Assembly: GCF_006345805.1 (NCBI RefSeq) | Contig: NC_043019.1 | Location: 28,767,360 to 28,831,359, forward strand | Direction of reading: 5' to 3' | From: Octopus sinensis | Taxonomy: Eukaryota | DNA: 64,000 bases | Shown here: one piece after another, positions 39,975-53,430 of the stretch | Numbering within the stretch: the first letter of the stretch is position 1 | How the letters are laid out: the number at the start of each line of letters is the position of its first letter | Notes under the pieces: model-generated | Database searches by the model: none | Seen by the model: the letters and a program-made list of their open reading frames with translations, nothing else | Told to the model about the DNA's origin: nothing | Program-made: the position numbers and the translations under genes

Positions 39975-40930
39975 TTAATATCCCTTAAGAATGCTGCACC
40001 CAAAGTCCATCTTATTTCTCGATGCAAAGAAGACTAAATAAGATGTTAACGAAGATGAAATCGAACTGCCGATTAATTCCAATGATGGCACACGGCTCAA
40101 GTAATTTGGGTCCTATGCTACTGAGAGTGAAGAAAGACTTAGTTGCATTGCGAGATTTTCTTGAAGTAACATGTAATGAGCATCAGATTATCTGGCATTC
40201 AAATACTTCAAAAATCAACAATACTTACTTCCTTCAAAGCATTCTTAATGGAGCTGAAACCTGAATTATGAAGGAGTTTCAAAATCACTTGATGGTACAT
40301 CATCATCATAATTTAGCGTCTGTTTTCCATGCTAGCATGGGTTGGATGGTTCAACTGGGGTTTGGGAAGCCAGAAGGCTGCATCAGGTCCAGTCTGATCT
40401 GGCAGTGTTTCTACGGCTGGATGTCCTTCCTAACGCCAACCACTCCGCGAGTGTAGTGGGTGCTTTTTACATGCCACCCGCACAGGTGCCAGATGGTGCT
40501 GGCAAACGGCCACGAACGGATGGTGCTTTTACGTGCCACCAGCACGGGGGCCAGGCGAGGCTGGCAACGGACACGAACGGATAGTGCTTTTACGTGCCAC
40601 CGGCACGGAGGCCAGTTGGGGCGGCGCTGGCAACAGCCACGAACGGATGGTGCTTTTTACGGGCTTGAAGCATCTCATGACATGGGCACAAGACCAAAGC
40701 AGAGATTTATGGACACCTGCAGCCCATCTCTAGTATTGTTGCTTAAAGCAGAGCAGTCTTTGTTGGCCAATACTATCCTACTGGATAGTAGGTTATAGCA
40801 ATTATATTTTGGGGACTTCCACACCCTAAAAGAGGATGAATTAGTAGAGGGAGACAACGCAAAAATTGAAGGCCTACCAGAACTAATGTGGGTAATAGAT
40901 TCCTGAAGCAGCATTGTGAGCCACATCTTG
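39975..40930 (+). mobile_element. Decayed RTE-clade RT fragment interrupted by a family D element (-, 40298-40660)
   Basis: Relics LK*FGSY and SILNGAET*; same family as 23290-24310. Confidence 0.55.
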
Positions 40931-41319
40931 GTACCAACATGTGTGTGTGTATAATATGCATGTGCCTATCTATGTATATGTCTGTTTCATGTTTTCATGA
41001 GTTAAACAGAATTCATTGAAGTAGATTATCTTGTTGCCATCCGTCTTATTTTTCCAAGAAAGTTTATTTCCTCATGGCCATCACAGAAGATTAGAAATGG
41101 ACACTCGCTACATGCATGGTGGGGAATTTGTTTATAACTATTACAGGATGTCAAGACACACACACATACACGTTTATATTCTTTTACTTATTTGTGATTT
41201 GACTGTGGCCATGCTGGAGAACTGTCAAGTATATATATTTGACGGCTTTTTTGGTATGTCTACCAATTCCGATTACAATGCTTTGATTGGTCACCTGGTG
41301 CTATAGTAATGATGTCAGA

Positions 41320-44300
41320 GGTGTTGGGAAGGAGTAACACCTTTGATGGGGGGAATGTGTTGCACTCTTGGGGTGGTTTGTTTGCTTTGGTCTTTGCTTG
41401 GTACCCAACTCTCACCTGTGGCTCCAAGTAGTTCTTTGTATGTAGTAATAGACACACCTTGGTAAACTACCAGGTGAAGATAGCAAATGAGTAACTCTTG
41501 GAGAGGGATGGAGACAGGTATCTTCTCTTCCTCCTCTACACTTCACAATGAGTTGTTGCAGCTGCTTTTCTCTCTGTTGACCCAAGGTTTCTTCCTCAGT
41601 CTATTGAACCCAGTCTTCATATGTATAGGTAGGGCAAACCCTAACTCACTAAGACGTACATACCTGTTTGCTACCCTCATCTGGTTTAGCCCACTGGTTG
41701 AAAGGGTTTACCTGGGTGTGGCTGCTGTTGAATGCAAACAGCTACTAGGAGCCACAGGTGACTATTGGGTGGAGACTAAAGCAGATGAACCACCCTTATC
41801 TTGGCATTGGATGAAAATGGTTATGGACAAGAGAGTGATGTTGACAGTATGGAAGTCATCAGTCATCTCCAGGATGATTAGATGGTCACTGTTGCCTTGG
41901 CAGATGATGGTACTGTAGTAATATACACTTTCCCTAGGTGTCATGGAGTGGTACTGAAGTCATATGCATGCATGTGGTTGGGGAACAAAATACTTAACCA
42001 CTCAACCATCTTTATGCTTGCGTGTATTCATATACACACATCGTCCCTCATTGTTTTAGCATCTGCTTTTTCATTCTTGCATAGTTCAGATGAGAATACA
42101 TTGGAGCAGAGTTTCTATGGCTGAATGTCCTTCCTGTTGCTAACCCCCTGGTTTCAAAAAGGGGTAATAATTACCCAGTCTGAACAAATAGCCCAAATAT
42201 GCTGTTTTATACAGAGAACTGGGAACAAATGTCACCTGTATGTACTTTTTGTTTACAAAGATCACCCAAAATGTTGAGGAGGTGGGACAGGCCTTCATAG
42301 TGGACTGTAAATAACACCATCAACAAACTATTGTTTATGAACCAGTGAGAGAAACAGAAATATGAATTCACACTTATATATATGGACTTTGAATTACCAT
42401 TGACTAAATCCACTCATAAGGCTTTGGTTGGTCATGGGCTGTAGTAGAGGACACTTACCTAAGGTGCCACACAGTGGGACTGATCCCCCAAATCGGCTAT
42501 GGTTATTATTAGATTTTCCAGTAGAACCATTTATCTTGACATTTACTCCACAAATTGCTGATGAAAAGGAGGACCATTCGTATGAGTCCTTTCTACACGT
42601 TACCTCGAGACTTTATTAGTATGACTGGTGATTTTAATGGACATGTTGGGCAGTGCTGCAGTGGTTTACATGGAGGTTAAGGCTTTGGTTCTAGAAATAA
42701 AGAAGGAACAAAGCTACAGGATTTCTGTGATGGTAATGACTTGTTCTGCAACACTAACTATAGGAAACCTACCAGCCACTTGATCACCAATGAATCTGGT
42801 GGGCACACTAGCCAGATTGATTACATTGTCACCAGAAAATGTGATAGATAGATGCTTATGAATGTAAAGTCTTTTCCTAATGGTGAATGTACTACCCAGC
42901 ATAGATTAGTAGTTAGTGACTTCAGACTTAAAGCTAGAAAAGAATGGAAGCTTTGGCATTCTTTGAAGAGATTCAGGGATGTACTAGTTGAAGCATTTAA
43001 TGAAGAGGAGGAGATAGATGTAAAACATAGAGGACAACTGGAAGTTCTTAAGAGACAACCTACTGAGGGCTAGTGCAAAGTTCCAGCCAAACCAAGGGCG
43101 ATGTGGTAGTAGAGCAGCAACGTAGACAGCCAAAAAAGCAAAGCAGCAGCAGAGAACTAGAAGAGCCAGGTGGCTAGAAGAGAAACTGGAGACAGGTCTA
43201 TTTAGCAAGTGAAGAAGCAGAAAAGAAGAGGTTTGCCAATGTCCTATGGTGTGAAGCGTAACGGCATGAGGTGTTCAGATTGGATGGCAGTGTATCAAAG
43301 AAAATGATGTGGGAGAGAAGTGTGTACAGAAGGATGATAGTACACTGCACTTGGTGCTTTACAAAAAGGTATGGAAGTGCTGTTATGAAAAGCTACTAAA
43401 TGAGAATAAATGGGAGAAAGAAAGTGAACCTGATAGAGGGTCCAACCATTCTTTTTAAAAGCAGTTAGACAAAATAATTAAGAATATGAAGACAGATAAA
43501 ACCCTGGTCCAACAGGAATTACTGCTGAAATGCTTAAAGTATCTGGAGTAGGACATGGCCTAATCGCCCATATAGTCAATCAGGTTGTATAGAAAGGTAT
43601 ATCCAACTACTAGTGTAGCAGTATCATAGTCAACTGTTATAAGAGTAAAGGAGATGCCTTAAAGAGAAGTAATTACAAAGGTATCAATTAATGGACCAAG
43701 TTATGAAAGTCATAGCTCAATTAATTAGGAAGATAGTTAATCTAGGTGATATACTTTTTGGTTTCATGTTAAGGAGAAGTGCTACTGATGTTCACTGTAT
43801 AGTTGGGCAACCCTGGGAGAAGTATTTAGCAAAAAGTACACTGTTTTAGTATTATCCTGGAGTAAGCTTTTAACAGGGTGTCTTGGTCACTAAAGAAGTT
43901 AGGAATAGATGAAGGCAAGTGAGAGCCGTTCAAGCAATGTACAGGGATACTGTTAGTAAGGTGAGATGAATTATGTGTATGAGTAGGAGTTCATCGGGGT
44001 TCAGTCATCAGTCCCCTCTTTTTTTTATCATAGGCTTCCAGGCCATGACTTAGGAGTTAACTCATGAGAGCTCCTTGATACTGATGACCTTGTTCTTATT
44101 GCTGAAACTCTAGTAAAATTAGAAATGAAATTCTAAATGTGGAAGCAGAACCTGGAATCAAAGGGCGTTTAAATTAATGTTAATCCCTTTGGGTAATTGA
44201 CCTTGTTCAATATGTAGAAGAGGTATTGGTAGAAATTCCACATGCTGTACTCAGTGTAAAGCATGGATACATAAGAGTGCAGTGAAACCATAGGAAGATT

Positions 44301-45900
44301 AGCAGAGAAAGTAGATTTTGTTTGTGGTAGATGTACAGGTGTAATAAACATTAAGAGCACATGGGAAATAGAATGCTCAGGACAATCCTGTTACCTGGGA
44401 GACGTAATTAGTAGTGGAGAAATATAGTTACTAGAATAACTGTTACCTCTGTTGGTAACAAAAAGGCCTCCTTCACAGACTGAAAGGTAGATTGTATGAT
44501 GCCTGTGTCTGAACAGCAATGCTTACAAGGTTGTGAAGCTTGGGCTGTGAATAGAGGACATGCTAGAGCAGGGGGTTCTCAACCATTTTTATCTATGGAC
44601 CCGTTTGATTGCTATTTTATTCATGTGGACCCCCATAGCGAGTCAGTGTTTTAAAACTAGTTTTATAGGAACTTCTTTCAAAATTTCTATTTTGTTTGTC
44701 ACACATTAACCTGTGTAGGTTGGACTATGTAAAATATTGCGGAAAGAATCCTAGCTGTTTCTTGCTCCACTGGGTGTGCAATGTCAGTTTATATATGCAA
44801 CAAAGTACAAATGTATTGAGAGAAAAATTGGGAATAAAAGGAATCAGATGTGGTGTGCACTAGAAAAGACTGCATTGGTATGGTCGTGTGATGTAGATGG
44901 ATGAGGACTGCTATATAAAATGTTTATTGCTAAACATTGAAAAGGGAGACCCAGGAATGAAGTGGTGAAAACCAACCAAGATTTTGAGCCTTTCATCGAA
45001 GATGAATGCTGATATGTTGTGTTTAACCCTTTCGTTACTGTATTTATTTTGAGATGCTCTGTGTTTCTTTCAATTCCTTTAAATATAACAAAGAATTTAG
45101 TAAAATAACTTAGTTATCATTCAGCTAGTGTTAGGAACATAAATTGTGGCTCAGGTTTGGTGGAAGATTTTAATTCAGAACTTATGAAAGCAAGATATTT
45201 GTAATCAGAGCCAGAGCCGGTTTCAGCCGGGTTGGTAACGAAAGGGTTAAGAAGACCTGTCCAACTTGGTAGAATTAAGGTCCTGTCTAGCCTTCCCTCA
45301 TAACTCCTAACCCTCATCCTTACAATCTGCTATGGTACTACTCAGGAGCAGCAAATGATACCACTTATCCTCCTACATTTCATATTGTATCCCTACTACT
45401 GTCCTTGTCACTTCCTCCTCTCTGACCCACTCCTATTTCCTTTCTTTCCTCGACTGATATTTTCTATGTCCAACTCAATCCCCATCTCTAATCATGTCAC
45501 TATTCTCCCTCTTGGCCACTTATCTACCCACCCACCTTTTCTCTACCTCTATCCTGTTTCTCTCTCTCATATTCCTTTACGTTGTACCTTGACCTTTCAT
45601 CTCTCTCTTTCCAGATAGGGAAGCCATGTAGTCACCTTTTTCAACAAGACACTTGTTTCTGTCCTATCATACTTTCATACCTTCAATATTAGTTTGAAGA
45701 ATTTTGTTCTTGCAGGTACTTGGTGATTTCACCATTAGCAGTATGGGTGCCACAAAGAAAACACCCCATACTCTCTGAAGTGGTTGGTGTTGGGAAAGGC
45801 ATCCAGTTGTAAAACCATGCCAAAGCAGAAATTGGCTCATCAGTTCATGTCTGGAACCATCCAACCCATGCCAGTATGGGAAAAGGGACATTAAATGATT
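41320..45900 (+). mobile_element. Near full-length decayed RTE LINE (APE + RT) with nested insertions
   Basis: GDFNGHVG (42627), QIDYI (42813), QHRLVVSDF, VGVHRGSVISPL (~43983), DTDDLVLIAE (~44075) and RLHWYGRVM (~44870); family-D-like tail at 45700-45900; many stops. Confidence 0.88.
45023..45250. mobile_element. piggyBac-type MITE (P1) inserted in the RTE 3' end
   Basis: TTAA TSDs; perfect TIRs CCCTTTCGTTAC / GTAACGAAAGGG. Confidence 0.92.
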
Positions 45901-46341
45901 GTGTGTATGAGTATATACATTTGACCTACACTAGCATTGCTAGTTCTGTGTTGGGTTTGCTAGTGCCTTGATTAGCACATGCAGTTTACTCTACAACTAA
46001 CCACCTCATCCTACTATTAAATTACCCTGAAATGAAATGCATGTTTTAATGAAGAACAGGTAAAATATGTTTTTTACAGTAATTCTGTCGAATTATGTTT
46101 GTCATTGGTGCTTCTCATGTGAAAAGCTGGAATTTAGAACTAAGCAAAGTTGCTTGTCAAGGAAATGAGGGCTGCCTAGATCATCATCTTTTGTCTTGAA
46201 AGGAGACTGAAACCTCAGGAGCTGGTGAATAAACTGGTATATCTTTAGGAAGATGAGCAGAATTTAGTGGCACTGGTTTTTCAAATGTTGAGATCTCGGT
46301 CATTATTTCTTGTTCAGTTACAAAATTGAGTTACTCTAGAC

Positions 46342-46472
46342 CAGTCACAAGCAGCCTGTGGCCCACAGGACTTTCCGAATGGTACCCTGGTGGAAAATTA
46401 TCTTTGACTTATTTTAGTAGTGATGAATCCTGTTTCGTGGCCTGCTTCTTGCAAAAAAATTGCCTATGTCTG
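46342..46472. mobile_element. 131-bp hAT (Charlie-type) MITE
   Basis: Perfect 8-bp TSD CTCTAGAC (46334-46341 and 46473-46480); imperfect TIRs CAGTCACAAGCA / TGCCTATGTCTG. Confidence 0.8.
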
Positions 46473-47023
46473 CTCTAGACCTTGTAGCACTTCACCTGTC
46501 AACTGAATTAACCTATCAGTAGAAGTTCTTTCTGCCACAACTTCTGTTATGGCTTTCTTCATTCTCTTTTATTCCTAAGACTTACAGCCACATGAAAGTA
46601 ATTTATGGATATTTTTTTTCCCCATTCAAATTCTAAATTCTATAAAATCGTTTCTTGTGTGTCTTTACTAGATACAGAAACAGACATGAAGACTGGCCAT
46701 GGTTTATGCTATTCATTGTTCAATGTGGAGACCTCTACAGACTTCCAAACATTGGAAACACATTAAACCATATCTTATAATAAATTCCATAAACTCTTGT
46801 ATTGGTCTGCCTGAGTTAACTGCACTTGGTTGGCACCTCATAAACAAGGAGTGATGCAGATACATGGTAATGTAATGTACCTGTCTAGCTCATCTTGAAC
46901 TTGTGTACAGGTAGATGGGGAGTGGATACTGCATTGTGACCTATGCAAAGAGAATTGCAAAGAACTTTTTAGGACAAAATATATTTTCAAACATTTCCAG
47001 TGTAATATTGTAATCTGTTGTGT

Positions 47024-47406
47024 GGAAGCACTCCGTCGGTTACGACGATGAGGGTTCTGGTTGATCCGATCAACGGAACAGCTTGCTCGTGAAATTAACG
47101 TGTAAGTGGCTGAGCACTCCACAGACACGTGTACCCTTAACGTAGTTCTCGGGGATATTCAGTGTGACACAGAGAGTGACAAGGCCGGCCCTTTGAAATA
47201 CAGGTACAACAGAAACAGGAAGTAAGAGTGAGAGAAAGTTGTGGTGAAAGAGTACAGCAGGGATCACCACCATCCCTGCCGGAGCCTCGTGGAGCTTTAG
47301 GTGTTTTCGCTCAATAAACACTCACAACGCCCGGTCTGGGAATTGAAACCGCGATCTTACGAACGCGAGTCCGCTGCCCTAACCACTGGGCCATTGCGCC
47401 TCCACA
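47024..47406 (-). mobile_element. Full-length SINE family C with a 13-bp TSD, inside an old minus-strand LINE relic
   Basis: TSD TAATCTGTTGTGT at 47011-47023 and 47407-47419; tRNA-like head at the right end. Confidence 0.92.
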
Positions 47407-47893
47407 TAATCTGTTGTGTAATCTTGGCATGGTAAACCACTAGAAACTGCTATACCTTTGAAGGCTCTGGGATGTAAGTTTTTGCTGATGACCAACCAGT
47501 AACTTACATTTGTGAACTCCCATAGTATATAAAGCAGCCCAGCACAGTCTCATATGACTCATTGGTATTAGCACACCTTAATTTGCTGTACTGTTCTTAT
47601 TTTCATATCAATGAGAATTCCTTAGGGTTGTATTTGAATCCATTGTCCCACTGAACAAAGTACAGTAGCTGTCTTGTGAGTTGTGGAGGATGCGAAAAAG
47701 AACAGATTAGTTATACAGAAAATTTAACAATGGTTCAACTCATCTCCATGCAACTTAAAGGTTTTATTGGCTTGTTGATGCCTGTCAAGATAGGTTTGTT
47801 CTATGAGCTTTCGAAGTTGCATGAAGCTGAGTCAAACTGTTATTAAATCATACTCCTACCAAATGTGTTGAATGTCACTTTTTTGTTTGTTTA

Positions 47894-47960
<67 letters not shown>

Positions 47961-48519
47961 CCCTGTCAGTTGTCTTACAGATATGTATTAATATGGTTTT
48001 TGATTTCTTTCTGTAGTTAAGCATTATGTACATAGACTAATAGCATGTAGAATGCTATATCTATGTATTTGTGTCTGTGATATTTCTTCTACTTAAGTCT
48101 ATCTTCCCTAATCATAAATTAAGCCTATTAAGTAGAACTAGTCACATGCTGGATCAAATTAAAGATAGATTTTGTAGGAAGTCTTCCAGTAAAGCTTTTT
48201 ATTTTCAATAACATCTCAGGTGGAGAGTGTGATTCATGTTTCATATGTTTAAAAGAATGTGGGTGAGGGAGAAGTTATTGAAGAATGCAATAATATTTTG
48301 GACCACCAAAATGGAAGTTATGAAATTTAGGTTTGGGGAAATCAGACTGCAACTTTTGTTAAATCCTTTGTCCTTTTTGTTTCCTTGAGAGGTGCTGACT
48401 AGAAAAATGGGGAACTTAGAAGTCTTTTTATTTTTTTGTTAAAAATACTAATTTCTTGAATATCTTTTTAGTTTGTTCACATACTTATGATGATGGGATC
48501 GAGCAACCTCCATGGTTTG

Positions 48520-49580
48520 TCAGTCAACTAAAATTAGCTGCCACTTGCCCATCAAATCTGGAAGTACTGTAAAAAAAATCCCCAATCCCCAGTATCTCTG
48601 ATTATATTGGATAATCATGACATCTGAAAAAATATTTTAAAAATGACACAGTCATGGATAGAACACTTGATTATGGGTCTTGCTAAGCAAGAATGTTGGA
48701 TCATCTGTGATCACTGGATTTGTTAGTCATAAGTGAAGATTTCCACTTACCACACGCTGCTTTCCTATTTTAAGAGGGATGGGCACATTGGGTAATGTTA
48801 GTTTAAACCAAGACTGACAGGATAGTCATAGATCTGTTTGCTTAGGCTGACTTGAGGATAAACAACATTGATTTTTGTCTGAAGATACATTATATTTCTA
48901 AATACACCAGGGAAAATAATACTCGAGTCAATGTAGTACTCTGTGTAGCCATTTTGCTCTGCTAAAAATAGTAATTCAAATCTCTCAAATTATACCATGC
49001 TATCTTGAAATGAGAGGGTGCATTGGATAACGGAGGCTTAGATACACTGATTAAAAGACTGGATTCTCATGAGTGGGATGCTGGTTGGTCGTAGATCAGC
49101 TTGATCATGGATGAATTGATGCTTAACAAAAACCATATTAAAATACATGAACATTAAATTTCTCTATGATGATATATGGTCAGTTTTTTTCTCTAAAGAA
49201 ATGACTGATTTAGTAACAATCATTCCACTAGTGGCAAACTAAGCCATTTTCAAAATAAAAATATTTACTCCTTGAAGGAAACCGATGTTCTGGTGTTAAC
49301 GATTTCATTTTAAGTTTGTACATACCTGTAATATAATTGTCATAGATAGTTAATTGTATCATGTTTCTACCTATAGTAGCCAACTGTTTATTTGAGCTCG
49401 TAGTTTCACAGCTATGAGGTCACTCAACCTGTTAGAAATAGCAACTAAGTCTTTTAAATGAGGAAAGGGCACATTGGATTATGTGGTTATCAACAGATTC
49501 TCCAAAAGAATGCTAGTGGAATGGGGTTCTTGGCAAAAATACCTTTGTCCACAAAGCCTGCTTGGTTAATACTGTCCTAG
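48520..49580 (+). repeat. Cluster of about 4 diverged copies of an old dispersed repeat (family E)
   Basis: Recurring tagaaatagca.c.aa.tct...gggcacattggat(a/t)atg...gtcat...gatc motif, also at about 10070, 14690, 31400, 54415 and 63915. Confidence 0.55.
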
Positions 49581-49581
49581 C

Positions 49582-49800
49582 TTAACCCTTTCGCATTTAA
49601 ACTGGCCATATCCAGCCCAAATATTCTACATGTTTTTTGTTCAAACTGGTCAGATCTGGCTTCTCACACCTACCCTACAATATCATTCTAAAAATATACG
49701 ATCACATTTAAATCTCAAAACCACAAAATAATACATGATTAATTCAAAGCAATGTGATTAAATATTACGTTTGTCAGTAATCTGAATGCTAAAAGGTTAA
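49582..49800. mobile_element. piggyBac-type MITE (P2)
   Basis: TTAACCCTTTCGCATT...AATGCTAAAAGGTTAA; another copy at about 50980-51178. Confidence 0.85.
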
Positions 49801-51214
49801 AGAACAACAATTCTTTGTATGATAAATGATCAGTTGATATGTGAGTAGATTTTTGAGCAACTTTCATAAAATTGAATTGTTTTTAGGAATTGTTTTGTTT
49901 CGAAGGAGATTTGGGTGTTACTTTAACAACCTCATTTCCTTGGCTCACTGATTAAAATGTATTCTGTAGGTACTAGTTTCAGATTCATTCATGGTAGAAA
50001 ATATTTCGGTGGTTTGTTTGTAACATATGAATGATTAATTTTTGTAACATATGAATATGATAAGAAACACAAATTGGGGTGGTGTGGTACTGTTGGTAAT
50101 ATCTCAGGAGTAGAACTGATTGAGATATTTTCGCACTGAAGCAGCCACATGGAGACTTCTTTATTGGTTTGGTTTAAGCAGGGTTAATTATTAAAGGTGG
50201 TTAGAAAAAGGATGACTTGATCCTGTCATTTCTTGCAGTATATACTTGAGTATGTCATGCTTTTTAAATTTTATTCTTAAATATAAGAAAAAATTGCCAT
50301 GCATCTATAGTGACCCTATTATGGATAGGATACTGAATATCTGTGATAACTCTCCCTGAATAGTCACTGATATTCAATATATTGTTGATGGAAGATTCGG
50401 CTGTCATGTTGCTATTGGATGTCTGTTACTGAGTTGTCCAAAACATAAAAATCACATGATCTGGCAGTTCCAGCAGCTGTAGTAGGTAGTTCTTAGCTGT
50501 CAGTGATATAAACATGAGTGCTTTTATGTAGCAGGAGTCCATATGAGGGGTCCTCTCAAAGTAAATAATGCAGTATTCTGTATTCTAACACAACATCCAA
50601 GTTAAGTTGGAGATAAAGATTGCCTTTTGATATCAAATTCATCTTTTCACAAAAGTGCAAGCGAGAGCCCAGCTTATACACTCTTATACAGTATTTGAGA
50701 AAGCAGTGTTATTTGAGGGACATTTGATTATTTCTTGCAGGTCAAATTTGCTTGAAGGTTCCCTTGTTGGCTTAACATAGATTTGTTGATTGACAGTATG
50801 TTGAGGAGAAAACCATTGTGTGTACAAATGTGTGTGTATTATTTTACATTGCAATTTTTAAACAACAGTTACTGGGTCCAAGTTTCCAGTGAATCAATAA
50901 CTGACCACTACATTCTGATGGTGAGAGTGGTAAAGGTGTATCTGTAACCTTTTGCGAGACAAGTATTGCAAAGGATTTCATTTAAACCAGCCATATCCAG
51001 CAAAAATATTCTGTTTGCTTTTATGTTCAATGTGACCAGATCTTTCCTCTCACACCTACCCTACAATGTCATTCTAAAAATGAACAATCACATCAAAATT
51101 TTGATGCTACAAGATTAATTCCAAGCAATGTGAATAAATATTACATTTGACAAAATAATCTGAATGCTAAAAGGTTAAAAAGAACCTTTGAAGTTTTTAT
51201 ATATATACATATAT

Positions 51215-51426
51215 AGGTAGCAAGCTGGCAGAAACATTAGCATGCCAGGCGAAATGCGTAGCCGTATTTCGTCTGTCATTATGTTCTGAGTTCAAATTCG
51301 CCTTTCATCCTTCCGGGGTCGATAAATTAAGTACCAGTTACGCACTGGGGTCGATGTAATCGACTTAATCCCTTTGTCCTTGTTTGTCCCCTCTGTGTTT
51401 AGCCCGTTGTGGGTAGTAAAGAAATA
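51215..51426 (+). mobile_element. SINE family B inserted in (TA)n
   Basis: Head and tail (gggtagtaaagaaata) are recognisable. Confidence 0.85.
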
Positions 51427-51849
51427 TATATATATACAAGATAAGAAAATGGAGAAATACATCTAAATCAAATATCAATTACCAGATAATACTCAATCAC
51501 ATACTTTATCCCATGGAGGGTTGCATTTACAACCCCTATCTCAATTTGTATATATATATATATTTTGATGCTTAGTTCCTTTTTTCTCATTACATATTCA
51601 GAAGAACATGCCTTTTTCTACTGCTGCTTTTTTTTTTTAACCTTTGCATATCAATCCACATAGTGTTCATGTCTCACTATGATGTAACACTACTTCATAC
51701 ACTCTGCTCTTCATTCATAGAGAGAAACTCTGTTGCCAACAAAGGTAATAGTAGCTCCTTGAACTATTTCCATTCCATTGACTTCCACATTTGTTCCTTT
51801 ATCTCTCCTCCTACTTTACTGATTAGGGCACCTAAACCAACAGAAGCTA

Positions 51850-53030
51850 TCAACTATTTCTGACAAGCATTTTGGCAGCTGAAAGAATACATTTCATGGA
51901 TGCTCTTACTGCTAATTTAACTTTTCTTGTGGTTCTGTTACATATGAAATCCTTCTGTTAGCCTGTCTGATATCCCACTATCTTTTGTTTACTCATTGAC
52001 AGTGGATACACAATTTAGATTTCTCACTCCCTTTCTGCATATAAGGTTTGTTCTCTTTTTTTCTTTCTGTTAATTGAAACTTTTGAGCCCTGATGGACAT
52101 CGACCTGCATATCACTCAGTTTACTGTGAGAACCATACAAAACATGTCTGTGGTTTGCATGTCTTTCACAGGTCATTCTTCATTCTCTGGTTTTCATAGC
52201 AACCACCAAACTATAGAGCATGACACCCAATCAGAAAGCTTCTCTGTTTCACAGAATGCTAGATAAATTACTCTTTTACTCTTTTACTTGTTTCAGTCAT
52301 TTGACTGCGGCCATGCTGGAGCACCGCCTTTAGTCGAGCAAATCGACCCCGGGACTTATTCTTTGTAAGCCCAGTACTTATTCTACCGGTCTCTTTTGCC
52401 AAACCGCTAAGTGACGGGGACGTAAACGCACCAACATCGGTTCCTCTCCTTTACTTTTCGAGCAGTTCACAGAGATGCTACTTTGCCAGCCTATTGGAGA
52501 TAACACCTGTCTGTACTACTTCATGACCAACACCTCCTACTTTCAACATCTCAATGACTATCCCTTGTGGATTACCTGTCTGCTTCATGACCTTAACTTC
52601 AGCATAGTAGTAAACCTCAACAACTGGTCCTACTGTTGGGTCCACTTGAGGCAACACATTCCCCTCATCAGCAGTTGTTTATATTGTTTCCATGCCTCTT
52701 TCTTGTCATTGGTAAAGGCAGATGTGTTGCTGCTATTCCATATAAACTTTTCAACAATGAACTCGATTTACTTTAACACTTTTCCTTCCAATACTGAATG
52801 CCTGTTGTCTTTGCAGCAGAGAACATAGGCAAAGCTTTTACTTTCAGTTTTTCTCCCTTATATATGCTGTCTAGCTAACCTGTGCTCCCCACCCTCACCT
52901 TTCCTTTACTATTTCCAGACCTGTCTGAACTTTAATGGCTCTATCTACTGTACTATTTCATCACCATCTTACTTTGCTCCATCCACAAATCTTGTCTTTT
53001 TCTTGCAGGAGTATTTAATCATCCTCTTCT
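51850..53030 (-). mobile_element. Old RTE LINE relic interrupted by a SINE A 3' half (52270-52442)
   Basis: Minus-strand relics such as IVIEMLKVGGVG and SISVNCSKSKG resemble the RTE at ~43500-43660. Confidence 0.5.
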
Positions 53031-53159
53031 TTCCTCTCAGCTGTTATATAAAATGTGTATTTAAACATATATAGGTGGGATGTCTATCTATTTATATATA
53101 TATATATAATGTTTAGGTATATGTGTGTGTATATATATATATATATGTGAGAGAGAGAG

Positions 53160-53430
53160 TGAGAGAAGCTATATCACTGTGATACATGATGATTTATTCT
53201 CTACTAATGATCACTTAAAGGTATATGCACAGTGAGAAACCTTATCTCTGCAATGTGTGTGGTAATTCTTTTTCTGAAAACAATAGGCACAGATGTATTC
53301 ATAATGGAAAGAAATGTTATCATTGTATTATCTGTAATAAATCATTTTCTATTGGAAATCACTTAAGTAAGCACACATGCAGGTTAGAAACCTTGTTTTG
53401 TGATATCTAATTAATCATCCTCTGCAAAAG
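53160..53430 (+). pseudogene. Degenerate tandem C2H2 zinc-finger fragment (3-4 fingers)
   Basis: RKLYHCDT*...HSEKPYLCNVCGNSFSENNRHRCIHNGKKCYHCIICNKSFSIGNHLSKH; stops and deletions; no clear splice context. Confidence 0.75.

Noticed and set aside
47330-47406. tRNA-like sequence (also at 4450, 11069, 18323 and 29720)
   Set aside because: These are SINE heads with A/B boxes that continue into SINE bodies, some with TSDs; no complete cloverleaf.
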